Both the position numbers and the translations under genes were made by a program. Source: Macrostomum lignano (lineage: Eukaryota). Taken from it: a stretch of DNA of 64,000 nucleotides. Location: NCBI GenBank assembly GCA_002269645.1, contig NIVC01003177.1:1-64000 (forward strand), read 5' to 3'. Each line of letters opens with the position of its first letter. Within the stretch, counting starts at the first letter, position 1. This document shows positions 1-11,924 of this stretch, piece after piece. Below the pieces are notes generated by a model that ran no database searches, was not told the DNA's origin, and saw only the letters and a program-made list of their open reading frames with translations.

Positions 1-128
1 CAGAATCTGTGAACTTCATCTGACAGAATCTTTTGAGCTCCATCTGACAGAATCTGTGAACTGTATCTAACAGAAGAGCGATGTGACAACCAAATTTCAC
101 CAAAAAGAATTATCTGTAACGACTTTAC

Positions 129-542
129 CTGAACATGCCGCAAACAGGATGCCGCAGGCAACACGCTGACACCCCACAATCCGTTCACTCGCCAAACGCC
201 GTGGCAATAAACACTCCCATACAGCACAATTGCGCTTCCGTGACGTCAAACATGCCAAACATAATCTTGCCAGTAATATAGGCAATCCAATGCGCCACAA
301 AGAACAGCGTCATAGACGAAGCGCACTGGACCAGCATCAGCTTAGGCGTATGGCCCAGTCCGTAGCAACAGACAGGCTCAGCGTTACTAGCAGAGTATTA
401 GCCGCGTCGCAGCCGTGATCGAATAGTTCGCCAAGCTGATTGGCGGAACCGGTGCGCCTGGCCTGCTTGCCGTCCAATGCGTCCAGGGTTTGATAGACGA
501 ATAGAGCGAAAGCGCGTAGAGCAGCAGCCAGGCTGGGATGTC
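129..542 (-). CDS. CEPT1: CEPT1 exon 2 with the CDP-alcohol phosphotransferase motif; three apparent 1-nt deletions; gene continues beyond the window start
   Basis: Acceptor cag|GAC at 542 and donor CAG|gtaaag at 129. Frame-corrected reading: DIPAW...[32 protein letters not shown]...[22 protein letters not shown]. Frame breaks near 506, 361 and 190. Confidence 0.85.
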
Positions 543-640
543 CTGCGTGCCAATTGTGCCGTCACGCATAAGTTCTTGACGATAATTACACCTTGGAATT
601 TCCTGTCTGGCCCTCATTTCTTCATTAGACCATTACGGTT

Positions 641-1370
641 GATTCTTAGAAAGATTCAGGGCCGATTCTTAGAAATATTCAGGGCCGATTCTTAAAAAGA
701 TTTAGGGCCGATTCTTAGAAAGATTCAGGGCCGATTCTTAGAAAGATTCAGGGCCGATTCTTAGAAAGATTCAGATCTGATTCTTAGATTCAGCGGCCGA
801 TTCTTAGAAAGATTCAGGGCCGATTCTTAGAAAGATTCAGATCTGATTCTTAGATTCAGGGCCGATTCTTAGAAAGATTCAGGGCCGATTCTTAGAAAGT
901 ATCAGGTACGATTCTTAGAAAGATTCAGGTTCGATTCTTAGAAAGATTCAGGTTCGATTCTTAGAAAGATTCAGGTCCGATTCTTAAAAAGATTCAGGTC
1001 CGATTCTTAGAAAGATTCAGGTCTGATTCTTAGAAAGATTCAGGTCGATTCTTAGAAAGATTCAGGTCCGATTCTTAGAAAGACTCAGGTTCGATTCTCA
1101 AAATATTCAGGTCCAATTCTTAGAAAGATTCAGGTCCAATTCTTAGAAAGATTCAGGTCCGATTCTTAGAAAGATTCAGGTCCAATTCTTAGAAAGATTC
1201 AGGTCCAATTCTTAGAAAGATTCAGGTCCAATTCTTAGAAAGACAGGGATGATTCTCGGGGAGATTTGGGGCGGATTCTTACCAATATTTAAGATGATTC
1301 TTGAAAAGATTTAAGAGAAAGTTTAGGAAGATTTTAGGATTGATTCTCAGAAAGATTTACGACCGATTCT
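641..1370. repeat. 23-bp minisatellite (CGATTCTTAGAAAGATTCAGGGC/T) in CEPT1 intron 1
   Basis: GATTCTT recurs at 664, 687, 710 and onward. Units are regular to about 1240, then degenerate. Confidence 0.95.
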
Positions 1371-1447
1371 TAGACGGACTTAGAAGCGAGTATTAGGGCA
1401 GTTTTACAGCAACTATTAAAAAACAGTAAAAATTGCTGTTTTCCTAC

Positions 1448-1699
1448 CTGTTTAGCATCGGGACTATAGATTAGCAGCAGCACTGCGCTACTGGCGTTCA
1501 TCATCAGGCCGGCGAGTGTCAGAGCGTTAGGAGCAGCGTTCATCGGCACCCAATCGATCAGGGCGCGCCAGAACCGTTGCAAAAGTGGTTCAACAATAGA
1601 CGTACCAGTTACTGAGTACTCGTGCTGCAGCAGATGCTTGAGATGCCGCTCGTCCAATGGACCGGATACAAATTGGCCCCGTGCACGGCTGCTGGCCAT
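1448..1699 (-). CDS. CEPT1: Choline/ethanolamine phosphotransferase, coding exon 1 (84 codons)
   Basis: ATG at 1699. The translation (HEYSVTGTSIVEPLLQRFW...PMNAAPNALTLAG) matches the CEPT/CHPT N-terminus as recalled. Phase-0 donor CAG|GTAGGA at 1448/1447. Confidence 0.9.
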
Positions 1700-1794
1700 T
1701 GCTGTGCTCGCTGAGGCGGATTCGAAGGTTCAATTGTTTAGTTGCTAAGGTGGGACTATCAGCTTACTGATTAGGGATAGGAATCTTCTAATGA

Positions 1795-1905
1795 TGGGAA
1801 ATCTCTAATAATCTTCAGGTAGTTGGATTCAGGTGAAATTCAGGTAGTTGGATTCAGGTGAACTTCAGGTAGTTGGATTCAGGTGAACTTCAGGTAGTTG
1901 GAATT
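1795..1905. repeat. Short 24-bp tandem repeat (TTCAGGTAGTTGGATTCAGGTGAA)
   Basis: About 4 adjacent copies are visible. Confidence 0.8.
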
Positions 1906-1911
1906 GAATTA

Positions 1912-2354
1912 CCAGATACTAAAATAACTAGATGGGCCACTCAGGCATATATACTTAGTAAAACAGCTTTCTGCTTTCAATTCAGTAGCAAAGAAGAATG
2001 CATAAGCTATTTTATAAAAAATAAAGGCAGCTCAAATTAATTTGATAAGCTTAGAAGCCCAAGCTTGCAGTCGTAAGGAACTTGCTAATTGGTTCAGCAA
2101 TAATGTACATTGGCCAGTCCACTGAAATGTACATGGCAGCTTGAGGCTGCAATTCCGAGAAAAGCAATTAAAATTGGGGTGGGAAAGGGGTGGTGTCGAA
2201 AGGCGCGGTTGGAGGGTTTAAGCTTGGGGGGGGGGATAAAAGCCAATAAATAAGCCTTGGCTTTATAATGCTTCTGTTTAACTTACTACTGAACTGAAAG
2301 TAGCTTACACGCAAATGTGCTGAGTGGCCCAGCTAGTTATTCTAGTATCTGTGA
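1912..2354. mobile_element. Non-autonomous TIR element (MITE), copy 1
   Basis: Terminal inverted repeats cagatacta..taactagatgggccactcag / ctgagtggcccagctagttattctagtatctg. The interior is homologous, in reverse orientation, to 8320-9330. Confidence 0.8.
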
Positions 2355-2696
2355 TTAAATTCAGATAGCCTTCAGGTAGTTGAGAAAGTCAAATAACCTT
2401 CAGACAACGGTGAAATCTAAAGTAACATATAAGAATGTAAGCCAAGAGTCAACTAAAAACACGTTTAAATATTGAAAGTATAAGAAACAACATTATATAT
2501 TTATGCTAATTATCATACAAGTCGTTAACTAAAAATATGTAAGGATTAGTTGAAAATGCTAATTTTTTTGCAGCTTGACAAGAATCAGACTATTTAAAGT
2601 AGAAAGTTACCATGAAAGTGGATTGTGCTGAACAAAATTTTAATGCAATTAACTTTGAAATAAATACATCAATGTCAGAAATTGGAACTGAGTACT

Positions 2697-3101
2697 TTAG
2701 TCCTTGTCAGCTTCTCCAACTGCCAGTTGAATAAAAGCAATAGCACTCTGCGCTCGATCAGCAGCCTGAGCAGCTTCGTTAGCCAATTGAAATTCGAGCT
2801 CAGCGCATCGGCGAGCCGCCCGAATAGCCCGAGATTTCAGCGAATCAAGTCGGGCAGCGATCTTTAACGAATCTAAGCTGCTATTAGAACAGTCTGGCAG
2901 GGGAGCGGCAACACTCCAACCACCGTTATTGCAGCTGTCAATGCCTACTGATGATGCTTGATTATTATTAGACCAAGCCTTTGCTTCGACAGAGAAGTTA
3001 TTGCAAGCATTTAATAGCATCAATTCGTACTGTTCATCGCTGATTATCTCTTTATTGTCATCCGAATTATCGACTTCATTCTCTTTACAAACTTTTAACA
3101 T
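2697..3101 (-). CDS. Hypothetical 134-aa protein with an acidic N-terminus and a predicted helical/coiled-coil C-terminus
   Basis: Uninterrupted ATG-to-stop ORF with natural composition, GC-richer than its AT-rich flanks. No recognised family. Confidence 0.5.
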   Translation of the reverse strand: MLKVCKENEVDNSDDNKEIISDEQYELMLLNACNNFSVEAKAWSNNNQASSVGIDSCNNGGWSVAAPLPDCSNSSLDSLKIAARLDSLKSRAIRAARRCAELEFQLANEAAQAADRAQSAIAFIQLAVGEADKD

Positions 3102-3982
3102 TGCTGAGTAAGGCTAGGCCTAGAGTCATGAAGTTAAAATTTAGCAATTTTTGTTAACTTCTGTAAGTTCTGCAATCTTAGTAACCTGAGATAAGACAGA
3201 ACTATATGCTTAGCGAGTGCACTTGTCTTTCAGCTAGTGCACTGGTAGTTACTTATCTCGAAGTGACAGCAAAAAAGTAATAACTATGTTGAATTTGCAC
3301 TAAAATGTATAACACATTTACTTAAAACCAGAACGAGATCATAAATAAAAACAAACATTAATCTATGGCACATAAATACTACTATGAAACATTTAAGACT
3401 TTTTGGGATTGAGGTTATCCTTTTTGTATGCCAACAGTGTTTGGCTTCCAATTCAGTCTTGCTATTTAGACACTTCTTGCTAGGGAAGAAGCTGGGGACA
3501 CCCACCATAGGTATTCCCAAACATTAAGGAAATAAATATTTAATGTTTCTTTGTATGCCTACAAAATAAAAGAAATAGTTGCTATAAGTTGGTGCCAATA
3601 GTAGGACACTAAAAAAAGAAGAAACAGCCTTACAACAGTATAAAAAACAACTACAACTTTTCTATTGAAGGTGAATCTGCAGAAGTTGAGCCTTAGAAGT
3701 TGAACAATAGAAGTTGAGCACTGGAACTGAAGTCTAGTAAGATTATTTAAGTGACAAAAATAGTCTATCAATATTATCCCAGTTAAACTACAATTTAGAT
3801 GTATCAATTTCCTTTCTGTGAAACTGAGATCCAAAAAATTCCCTTTAATAAAACTAAAAAGCATCAAAATATTTTTTTAAATATATTGCACTAGGTGCTG
3901 GAGAAAATTCTATAAAAAGTGTGCTTGCACTATGCGCCAGAACAATTCCTATCAAATAAGTTTGTTTATTAACTTCTATACT

Positions 3983-5446
3983 TAGGGAATACAATCCTGG
4001 GATCCCGAATCCTGGGATTTCAATAATGCCTAAATCCTAGGATTCTAAATCCAGGGATCACAACTTGTCTGAGACTCAAAAATCTAGGGATTGACTATAC
4101 CCATAGGGATCCCGATCCTAGTTTGCAATAATTCAATAATTCATTCTTGAGTAGTAGTATCTACAGCTAAGCTACTGTTAGGTGAAAATCATAACCCATT
4201 TGTAGAGGTCGGATGGGATTGAAATCTTCGGGCGGGATCGGGATCGGGAATAATTTTTTTCTCGGGATCGGGATCGGTATTCGGGAATCGGGATCAGGTC
4301 TTTTAGTGTATTTTCCATGTAAAGTTAAACAAAATTGAGAAAAGATTGTCAAGATCAAGAAGTAAAACACAACGAAATTGATATGAAGTTTTGTAACCAA
4401 CAAAGTAAATAATGTAACAAGTACAAGTTAAAGCAAAATAACCTTCAAGTAATCACTAATTCTATAAATTATTAATCGAAAGACCTGTTCCCGAATCTCG
4501 AGTTTTTTAGGGTCGGGATTCTGGTCCCGCGGGAATTCAATTTTCCTCGGGATCCCGAGATTTCGGGATCGGGATCGGGATCCCGTCCGACCTCTACCCA
4601 TTTGTTCTGCTTTGATTAATAATATTTTAAACATGCAGGCTAGTAAGAAGGCTAAGGCTGCAGGGATACAAAACTGAAGCTGTTGGCAGATTGCAGGATT
4701 GATTTCAGATGTAACGATGTATGTGCAACTGTATACATATGTTACTTATAGACTAATATAATTATTATTCTAAAACCTATGCATAGAATCTAAAGCAATA
4801 GAGGCCAATTCCTCATTGTTTCCAATTGCAGCACTATAGCTTGCCAGAACTTCAAAACTCCTTGGCTATAGTAAGGATTAGAACAGTGGGAGCTTGCTAT
4901 CAGAAGACAACCCAAGCTACCAGTTCTCTATCTAGGGTGGGTGCCTCTAGGAAGATGAGGTCTGATCCCTTTCTACCCTGGTATCAGTACCCCGAGCCAT
5001 AGCTCTATAAGTTATCATTCTCCTAATTACATCACAATCAAGTGTGATTTTCCTAAGCTGATATTGGCATATAAAAAGCACATCTAATATGCTAGCCTAT
5101 ATATCAAACTCCAATTCAGGGCTTACTATCAGTTTCTTGTTTGTAAAATATTTTTTCTATTTTACTTTATTATTAAAAGCCCTTTAAAATCAGGTTAGAT
5201 GGCTTTGTAAATGCAAATTGTACCAAAAAAGATTAGAAACATTTTTAATCCTAGGATCCTGGAATCCTAGCCCAATTTATTGGGATCCCAAGATTTGCAA
5301 AGTCTGGGATATCCCGATCCCAAGAATCCTAAGATTTTTGAAGTCCAGGATATCCCAATCCCAAGAATCCTAGGATTTTTTAAGTCCAGGATATCCCAAT
5401 TCCAAGAATCCCAAGATTGGCATAACTTGGGATTTTGTATTCCTTA
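3983..5446. mobile_element. Older hAT-like MITE hosting a nested younger MITE
   Basis: Ends tagggaatac / gtattcctta with GGGATCCC-rich subterminal repeats at both ends. Flanks tctatact vs cttatact are an imperfect 8-bp TSD. Confidence 0.45.
4203..4596. mobile_element. hAT-type MITE
   Basis: TIR tagaggtcggatgggat / atcccgtccgacctcta with a perfect 8-bp TSD cccatttg (4195-4202, 4597-4604). Confidence 0.9.
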
Positions 5447-7489
5447 CTTATACTGTGTGAAAGAACTTCTAAGAAAAAAGGTTTTTAAGGCACAAAATTT
5501 AAAATTGTTAGTATCCTTGTTAGGCCTATACACCAAGATTTCCTAGCATACATGTCATCTTTCAAACCATGGGCTTTTGCATTGGAATGCACCACTGCAG
5601 CACATGTTTAATACCTTTTTGTGCCAGAATTTACAATGAAAAACACAAAAAAGCCATCTTCCTAGGCCTAACTATAGGAAAAATGCACCTCTCTTTCTCT
5701 CTTTTTCTCCCCTCATTGCAACTCTGTGAGCACTCTGTTGGACTGTGCAATCTACTGTTAATTTATATACATTTTTGACTTTTATCGACTGCAGGAAAAA
5801 GCATTGCAAGCAAACATTAGTAAAAAATTTGCTTATTGGCAATTTACTTGCAGGCAAATTGCACTGTAGGCAAATCTTGATAGGCAATTCTTGGTGGCTA
5901 CTTGTCATTTTGGCAATAATTTTAGGACAAATAATCTTTTGTAATAGTAATTACCATATCAGTGACAAAGTCAAAGAGAGAGACATTTTGGCAAAAAGAC
6001 TACAATTAGGAATTTAGAACAAGTCTTGATTTGATGAAATGTTTATATGTATTTCAATTTCATTAATTGTAAAGGTAGAACAAAATATAAAAAAGATCAT
6101 AAAGGTAATAATTTTTTACTATAATAGTAAAATGAAAATTTAACTAAGTGTCAACCATAAACTTAGTTAAAATAGTAGTTGAAAACTTATTAATTTCAAA
6201 TTGAATAAAGTTATTAAAATAGAATAAAATGAAGGAATCAGTCTATTTAAGTATCAAGCAGGCTGCAACAGCAAGTATTAAGAATGGATGAATCCAAAAA
6301 GAATGGATGAATGTATTCTTTTTTAGGCCTACATATTGCCTGAGCTTACTGCGGGCGAGACAGTCACAGAGACAGCACAAGCTTTTCCAAGAAAGCAACC
6401 TACAGTTAAAATCCTGGCTAGAAAGTAGTTATTTTAACAAAATATTGACGCAGTGTTGTATTTTTCACTGTATGTAATAATTAAATATTTTTTTAACTGA
6501 ACTTTTTTTTGCAACTTGAATGCATGCATTCTTTACATGAATACATGTATTACAAGTGAATTTGGAGGGCGTTCGAATAATACAGCTTCCTATCGCAGTA
6601 TTCTGGAATCCAGTGTCTAATTTATGTACATGCCACTCCGATCGAATATAATTTGCATGCATGCTTGAAATTAAAATCTTCAAGAACACAACATGATAAA
6701 TAAACTCGTTAGGTCAATGCATGGACATGAAGTTAACAATAGTATCTAAAGGCCACTGTTTCCGTGGTAACTTCTAGGGTCCTACATCTACATGTAGGTA
6801 GCATCTCACAAGTTTAGTACTGCACTATAGCCTCAGCTGCTTGAAAACGACGACAAGAACTGCAATGTGTATACTGTAATTCCTACTATACATGTAACTA
6901 CGAAAAAACTCACTGCATAATCAAAACTTGTGTGCGGTAACCCTGTTCAGGAATTAATAGACTACGGCCCTACATGACGTTAATGAATGCTTGCATCAAG
7001 GGCCATCTGTATGTGTTTACAGGTACATGTACAGTGTAAATCAAAGTATTCTGTTAACATGAACCATGTTGCATTACGCGTAAATACATGTAGATTCATT
7101 AAAACTAGTCTTAGGAAAAGCCGAAAAGCTAGAAATTTAAAATTTGAATTTGAACTTTGAAACTATGCATGCATTAATATACATATATTTTTAAAGCAAG
7201 AAAAATACAAAAATCGCATGGTCAATGTACACTACAGCGGTACAGGTAAAAAGGATTCGACAATTAAAATTTAATGTTGTAAACACATTAGAAAACAAAA
7301 TAGGATAACTTAAAGCACAAACCGAAAAATGCATACGATACAGCTTGCAATTTAGATAGATCATTATACATTATACCACACAGTAATTTTCAAAATAGTA
7401 CCGTAGTATCAAATGCAGAACTATAAAAATAAGTTAAATAAAGTCAACAAAACTCGCTACTAGCCTACTTACTAACGTCAGTAGACAGA

Positions 7490-8029
7490 TTAGCGTTGAG
7501 TATTACCAATTAGCTGTCGATTTAAATCGCGAGCAACAGCCGCCCGCTTGGCCAGATCTTCGAGCGGAGCAGCGAGGGCAAGCGAGCGCAATTGTCGAAG
7601 CCAGTTGCTGAGCTCGGCGCACTGTCGCAGACGTTCCCGCAATTCGGCGCGCCGATGTCGAAGCTCGGCCGCTTGAGCCTCCAGTCGACTAAGCGACCGA
7701 CGCAAAGCTACCGCCTGCTCATCCGAGTGCGGCCGGACGCCTTCAAATCCGGGCAATTCGGCCGACTCGGACACAGCCAGAACATCGCAGATTAGTCGCT
7801 CGTCCAAAGCGTCGATTTTCGTATCGACAATTGATTCTAAATAGCGTTGAAAACTGGCCGACTTTTTAGTAGACAGATGGCCGTCTACTAGAACGGCGCC
7901 TTCTCGTAGGAGCGCGTCGCGTAAGCGCCGAGTCAGTCGCTGCGGCGCCACGCCAATGAAAGCAGCAGCATCGGATTGGGCCACTTCTACCGGCATCGGC
8001 GACGCAGAGGTCTCGGCATCTGTTTCCAT
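7490..8029 (-). CDS. MIS12: MIS12-like kinetochore protein (intronless, 179 aa)
   Basis: Colinear similarity to Mis12 as recalled: DAAAFIGVAPQ ~ YEAQFFGFTPQ; IDALDERLICDVLAVSESAELP ~ FSKMEQLFLQLILRIPSNILLP; SDEQAVALRRSL ~ SEEDFQHLQKEI; followed by a long coiled coil. Length is similar. Confidence 0.7.
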   Translation of the reverse strand: METDAETSASPMPVEVAQSDAAAFIGVAPQRLTRRLRDALLREGAVLVDGHLSTKKSASFQRYLESIVDTKIDALDERLICDVLAVSESAELPGFEGVRPHSDEQAVALRRSLSRLEAQAAELRHRRAELRERLRQCAELSNWLRQLRSLALAAPLEDLAKRAAVARDLNRQLIGNTQR

Positions 8030-8117
8030 TCGGTCGGAGTCAGCCGCCTCGTTGGCGAGCTTGCTAATTTTCGGCGAGGAGGCCTGGAAGTGAAGTTTAC
8101 AAAGTGGCTCTTGTAGG

Positions 8118-8319
8118 GCCCAGCTAGATCAGCGGTAAACGGGTCGGGGTCTGACTCTCACGCCACACGAGCCTCTCGGTTCGATTCCGTGCGCCGCTAA
8201 TTTTTATAATTTCGGGCTTGTGTGCACGAAAATTGCCCAGCTGGGGTTGTCGTGCGATTCATAGAAACGAGGGCCAATCCCCAAGGCACGGAGGGTGTAC
8301 ATGCCCGACAGGATGATCA
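8118..8319 (+). mobile_element. tRNA-headed SINE, 3' part interrupted by a MITE
   Basis: A-box-like TAGATCAGCGG and B-box GGTTCGATTCC, then the central block gggccaatccccaaggcac..gtgtacatgcc shared with the SINEs at 11925 and 36271. Confidence 0.65.
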
Positions 8320-9330
8320 CAGATACTAGACTAACTAGATGGGTCACTCAGAGCATTTGCGTGTAAGCTACTTTCAGTTCAGTAGGAAATTTAACTGAAG
8401 CATTTTAATGCATTTGTAAAGCCAAGGCTCATTTATTGGCTCTTACCCCCATCAGCCTAAACCCTCCAACCGCGCCTTTACACGCTACCCCACCCCGCCA
8501 CAATTTTTATTGCCTTTCTCGGAATTCCAGCCCGAAGCTACTATGTACATTTCAGTGGACTGGCCAATGTACATTATTGCTGAACCAATTAGCAAGTTGT
8601 TTGTTGTTAAACGGGGTTGGGAGGAGAAGCGCTGCCCGCGAATCAGCCCTAAGGGGGCTCTGCCGCATGGACCTTGCTGTGGGCCATACTGCCAGGGGCT
8701 TTAAGCCCAAGAGGCCCCTATTGGAACCAGAGCTCAGGACTCTGGGGAGAGCATGGAGCATTGGAGCTACTAACCCAAACCTTACGGACTAAGACACCGC
8801 CAACCCAATATTATATTAGTGGAATCAGGGACGGTGCAAGGACCGAATCCATCCAGACCACCACCCAGCAGACAAATCCCAAGAGTGCGCGAAAAAAAGA
8901 ATTGGAATGAAAAAAACTTGGGTTACTACTGAGAAGCGGTCCGAAAGCAGGGAATATCCTGAAGTCTCGGAAATGGCTTAATATTGGAGTGAGTCTGGAA
9001 GGCTTGTATCCGAGGGCGAGTCTCCTATCAGGCAGTGACTAGAATACCTATAGGGCTGCAAGCCACAAGGGGTATCACCTATCCAGCTCTATATTGGAGG
9101 CCAGGCCAAGGGGTCGGGAAGGGGCACAAGGAGCAAGAGGACCCGGACTCAGCCGGAATTAGCAAGTTGTTTACGCCTGCAAGCTTGGGCTTCTAAAATC
9201 AGTCATTTCAGCTGCCTCTATTATTATAAAATAGCTTCTGTATCCTTCTTTGCTACTGAACTGAAAGTAGAAAGCTGTTTTACTAAGTACATGTCCTGAG
9301 TGGCCCATCTAGTTATTTAGTATCTGTGGA
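8320..9330. mobile_element. MITE copy 2 (CACAGATACTA termini), containing an insertion
   Basis: TIR cacagatacta..actagatgggtcactcag / ctgagtggcccatctagttatttagtatctgtg. Reverse-oriented homologue of 1912-2354. Confidence 0.8.
8603..9156 (-). mobile_element. Retroposed insert (5'-truncated LINE/SINE-like) inside the MITE
   Basis: Flanked by the 16-bp direct repeat aattagcaagttgttt (8587-8602, 9157-9172), absent from MITE copy 1, with an AAC-rich end on the minus strand. Confidence 0.7.
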
Positions 9331-10214
9331 CAGGATTAGAAAGTCTGTGAGCGTGTTTATGATTCTGTACTGTATGACCTTAGAGGCTTAGACTCCAATT
9401 ATATAAGATAGTGTGGTAATTCAATATTTTAGAATATAACTTTTAACCTACGTGCTAGTGGATTGTTAGGTTAGGGTCTCCTACTCACAAAACTAATTGT
9501 TAAGGAATCACAGAATCTAATCTGCGGTGAACTAACAAGTCGGAACCTTTAAAATGTTTTCAAGGATCATTCAGAGAAACTAAGGTGTTATAAATCAATG
9601 AAATTATTACAATCATGCCAGGAAAAATGAGGCCAAGGGGCGTAATAAAAAATTCATAACTTTTAAAGTTAAAAAATTAGCCTAGAATTAAAAACACAAG
9701 TTAACATTTTTACAGCAATAAAAGTTCGGGCACTAAATCGTGAATAGTATATATATTTGGTGCTGCAATTTCCCACAGTTTGAGAAGCATTCAATTGCCA
9801 GTAGCTTGCCAAAGCATGATCAACTGTAGTGGTAGGCCTGTAAAGGAACGCGCATTTGTTGTATCGCCAGTGCATTTACTATGCTCTGGAGAACACATAG
9901 AGCTGAATGGGGTTTTGCCATAGACAAATTCGGTCGAGAAGAATCCGATGCAATAACGATACAACAGATATGTACATTCCTAGCCGGCCTCCTGCACATT
10001 TCTAAGAAAATGAAAGTGGTTTAGTAGCGCCCTACTGCAGTTGTCTATGTGCAGACATTTATATAAAATCTGTTTTACTTCGCACGTAGGAACAACCAAA
10101 ATGCGTGTAAGATTAATATTGAATAAACTGCACAGATTTTTATTGCCTTGAATGAAGTACAGCTAAATGACAAGATTGCGATGAAAGAACATTTTCAAGG
10201 TACTAGCCGATGTA

Positions 10215-11370
10215 AAGCTTCAGACAAAAAAGCTGGTTGCTAGGCCCTTTGATTAAAGCTTCAGCTGGTTGCTAGACCCTGTGATTAAAGCTTCAGTTGG
10301 TTGCTAGGCCCTGTGATTAAAGCTTCAGTTGGTTGCTAGGCCCTTTGATTAAAGCTTCAGTTGGTTGCTAGGCCCTGTGATTAAAGCTTCAGCTGGTTGC
10401 TAGGCCCTTTGATTAAAGCTTCAGTTGGTTGCTAGGCCCTGTGATTAAAGCTTCAGCTGGTTGCTAGGCTCTGTGATTAAAGCTTCAGTTGGTTGCTAGG
10501 CCCTTTGATTAAAGCTTCAGTTGGTTGCTAGGCCCTGTGATTAAAGCTTCAGCTGGTTGCTAGGCCCTTTGATTAAAGCTTCAGTTGGTTGCTAGGCCCT
10601 GTGATTAAAGCTTCAGCTGGTTGCTAGGCCCTGTGATTAAAGCTTCAGTTGGTTGCTAGGCCCTTTGATTAAAGCTTCAGTTGGTTGCTAGGCCCTGTGA
10701 TTAAAGCTTCAGTTGGTTGCTAGGCCCTTTGATTAAAGCTTCAGTTGGTTGCTAGGCCCTTTGATTAAAGCTTCAGTTGGTTGCTAGGCCCTGTGATTAA
10801 AGCTTCAGCTGGTTGCTAGGCCCTTTGATTAAAGCTTCAGTTGGTTGCTAGGCCCTGTGATTAAAGCTTCAGTTGGTTGCTAGGCCCTTTTATTAAAGCT
10901 TCAGTTGGTTGCTAGGCCCTTTGATTAAAGCTTTAGCTGGTTGCTAGGCCCTTTTATTAAAGCTTCAGCTGGTTGCTAGGCCCTTTAATTAAAGCTTCAG
11001 CTGGTTGCTAGGCCCTTTGATTAAAGCTTCAGCTGGTTGCTAGGCCCTTTTATTAAAGCTTCAGCTGGTTGCTAGGCCCTGTGATTAAAGCTTCAGCTGG
11101 TTGCTAGGCCCTTTGATTAAAGCTTCAGCTGGTTGCTAGGCCCTTTGATTAAAGCTTCAGTTGGTTGCTAGGCCTTTTGAATAAAGCTTCAGCTGGTTGC
11201 TAGGCCCTTTTATTAAAGCTTCAGCTGGTTGCTAGGCCCTGTGATTAAAGCTTCAGCTGGTTGCTAGGCCCTTTGATTAAAGCTTCAGCTGGTTGCTAGG
11301 CCCTTTGATTAAAGCTTCAGTTGGTTGCTAGGCCTTTTGAATAAAGCTTTAGTTGGTTGCTGGGCCCTTT
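10215..11370. repeat. 32-bp minisatellite (GATTAAAGCTTCAG[C/T]TGGTTGCTAGGCCCT[G/T]T), about 36 copies
   Basis: Period of 32 (10251, 10283 and onward); highly homogeneous. Confidence 0.97.
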
Positions 11371-11459
11371 AATGCTTCAATTTGTTGCAAATGCTTTATA
11401 ATCATGATTCTTTTTTGAATAAATATTAAATTGTAAAAATGGATTCTGCAACAGTACAG

Positions 11460-11837
11460 TCAATATCTAGCAGGGTCATTGTCCACGCTAATATTAAGAT
11501 TCGGATAAGACTTAGCGATAGCGGCTTTAGCCTCTTTGTGATTGGCTCGACCAAAGCCCTGAGAATAGCCGTAGACGCACAGCCCAGCACCGTCGCTGGT
11601 CCATTCAATTCGACCGCCGCCCCGACACTCCGACGTGAGACCCTGCTTCAGCCAGTCAGCCAAACAATCGTCATAAATGTCTGCGTGATAGGGGAATTTC
11701 GGATGACCCCGAACCACGTTAACATTCTCGCGAGTTTCTGGATCAACAATACGGATTAGGATGTATTTGAAGCGACCAGTAGAATGGATTATCGCCGGCG
11801 CGATTGCCGTTAGTTTGCTGGATTTCAGTGCCGACAT
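11460..11837 (-). CDS. PHPT1: 14-kDa phosphohistidine phosphatase (Janus/Ocnus family), intronless, 125 aa
   Basis: Family motifs GRFKYILI, VVRG, YHADIY (catalytic His), CRGGGRI, VYGYSQGFGRANH. Confidence 0.95.
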   Translation of the reverse strand: MSALKSSKLTAIAPAIIHSTGRFKYILIRIVDPETRENVNVVRGHPKFPYHADIYDDCLADWLKQGLTSECRGGGRIEWTSDGAGLCVYGYSQGFGRANHKEAKAAIAKSYPNLNISVDNDPARY

Positions 11838-11924
11838 TGAGAAGCTGCTCTGAAGTTGCGAGTTGAGTAGACTATTAAAAACCGGAAATTATTAGATATG
11901 CAAATTGGCTATTTGGCATGAGAG

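Noticed and set aside
8118-8200. Possible tRNA gene
   Set aside because: A and B boxes are present, but there is no convincing cloverleaf and it continues into SINE body sequence.
9460-9480. TTAGGG telomere-like repeats (also near 23510)
   Set aside because: Only about 2 units; compatible with chance.
10215-11370. CRISPR-like regular 32-bp repeat
   Set aside because: No unique spacers, no cas genes, eukaryotic context.
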